Below, piece after piece: positions 62,599 to 64,000 of a DNA stretch of 64,000 nucleotides. The position numbers and the translations under genes were made by a program. The notes beneath the pieces were generated by a model. The model searched no databases. It had not been told where the DNA came from and was given only the letters and a program-made list of their open reading frames with translations. How positions within the stretch are numbered: the first letter of the stretch is position 1; each line of letters starts with the position of its first letter. Source of the DNA: Blepharisma stoltei ATCC 30299 (taxonomy: Eukaryota; Protista; Ciliophora); the NCBI GenBank assembly GCA_965603825.1, contig CBFDEM010000016.1, positions 248,001-312,000 on the forward strand, read 5' to 3'.

Positions 62599-64000
62599 AT
62601 GCTTGTCAGCCCGGCAGCAAAAGATTCTCCGACAGTCAATTTTCTTCGTAAAGCAGAGATTGGAATCACTGTGACCTTCCTCACATGAATTATTTATACT
62701 ATTTTTTCTGAAGCTTGAATTCTCTCTTCAAGGGTAGCAGCTTCTACAACCATTGATGGCTTAGAAAAAAGCTCAATTTCTAGCAGTGGTTACGTAGATT
62801 TAAACGATGGCCAACTTGCCACATTTCTAAGTAATCTTCCAGCTCTTCTAGTTTTTGCCACCTTATTTGTATCCGGACGCAAATTACTTATAAGTCAAAA
62901 ACTTGAATTGAAGCATCAATTAATTTACTATTTATTTATAGGGATAGGAATGAATATATATTTGCATGGCCCAGGATTTTTATTTTTACTGTTTGAGCTC
63001 TTATTTAATTATCTTTTAGCTTACAAATATGCAGGAAAACGAGGGTTTCCTCTATTAGCTTGGGCTTTTAACTTCACATATTTAATTTTAGCAGAATATT
63101 ATCATGGGTTCCAATTCTCATGGTTTGCTCCATCATTAAAGTTTCTAGATGATTTACCTGTGGAAATGAATTGGTCTGGAGTCAATAAAATGTGCATGCT
63201 TAAAGCCTTAAGTTTTGTTCTTGATTATCATTGGGCACTCTCCAAAGATGATTATATGCCTTTAAATAAGCATAAGCTTGACTGTAATGAATGCAATGAG
63301 ATAAATGTATGCTTCACCTATAGAATGAGAGCACACGCAAGTCATTATTCTTTATTAGCATATGCTGCTTATTTCTTTTATCCACCTCTGTATTTTGCTG
63401 GACCAACTGTGTGCTATAATGCTTGGATATCTCAAGTGCAGAGTCCACAAAGGAGCTATGATACAAAAAAATTAATTATTTATGGATTGAGAATCGTTGT
63501 TGTATTTATAATACTTGAATTATTTATTCATAATTTATATTTTCCAGCCATAGCTGGAAATGATAAAAACACGTGAATTTGGGAATCATTTACGCCATTT
63601 GAGCTTGTTATTGCAAGCTATGTTATATTGAAATGGATTTGGCTAAAATTTACATTGATTTGGAGATTTTTCAGGATGTGGGCACTTTGTGATGGCATAG
63701 AGACCCCAGAGAATATGGGAAGATGCATGTCAAATAATTATTGCTTTGAAGGCTTTTGAAGAATGTGGCATAGGGCTTTTAATCAATGACTGATTAGGTA
63801 TTTATTTGTGCCACTCGGAGGAAGCAAATATAAAATCTTCAACATTTGGATAGTCTTTGGTTTTGTAGCTCTCTGGCATGATTTAAATTTAAATTTATTA
63901 GTATGGGGCTGGGGAATGTGCTTGTTCATAATGCCAGAAGTGTTGGTAAAGAGCTATTTTCAAAGAAGCAAATTTTTGAACTTCAGGAAAACTCTGAAGT
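62599..64000 (+). CDS. GUP1/HHAT-like MBOAT acyltransferase (runs off window end)
   Basis: YFFYPPLYFAGP, ENMGRCMSNNY..EGF[W]RMWHRAFNQ[W]LIRYLFVPLGG, ALWHD. Confidence 0.92.

Noticed and set aside
1-64000. Mollicute or mitochondrial origin suggested by UGA=Trp
   Set aside because: Eukaryote-specific nuclear genes, spliceosomal introns and a CCA-less tRNA with Pol III terminator
1-64000. CRISPR arrays, telomeric repeats, rRNA
   Set aside because: None seen by eye

Overview
AT-rich, very gene-dense eukaryotic nuclear DNA, most likely the somatic (macronuclear) genome of a heterotrich ciliate of the Blepharisma type. TGA encodes Trp: it sits at invariant Trp positions in VPS35, kinases, PLC, Myb, U-box and MBOAT, while TAA/TAG are stops. 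Introns are 15-nt GT-AG. The supplied standard-code ORF track therefore fragments most genes; re-reading with TGA=Trp gives about 37 intact protein genes, one tRNA-Glu and three disrupted copies. The flanks (1-21.3 kb, 44-64 kb) are compact housekeeping genes: GIGYF-like, VPS35, PCNA, GPx, peptide deformylase, PI-PLC, CEP350-like, ankyrin-DHHC, CK1, Popeye, mitochondrial RNA polymerase, OLA1, NEK, SRP14 and GUP1-like. The centre (~21.3-44 kb) is an accessory-looking island with long spacers, two tandem duplications with readable breakpoints, pseudogenes and orphan sensors (Venus-flytrap/multi-TM, dCache-HAMP). It also holds a ubiquitin-themed cluster whose best candidates for novelty are a U-box E3 fused to an apolipoprotein-L-like domain and a CENP-B/Pogo-type HTH fused to a ubiquitin-like domain, next to a decayed polyubiquitin gene. 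All domain calls are by-eye motif recognition; no searches were run.
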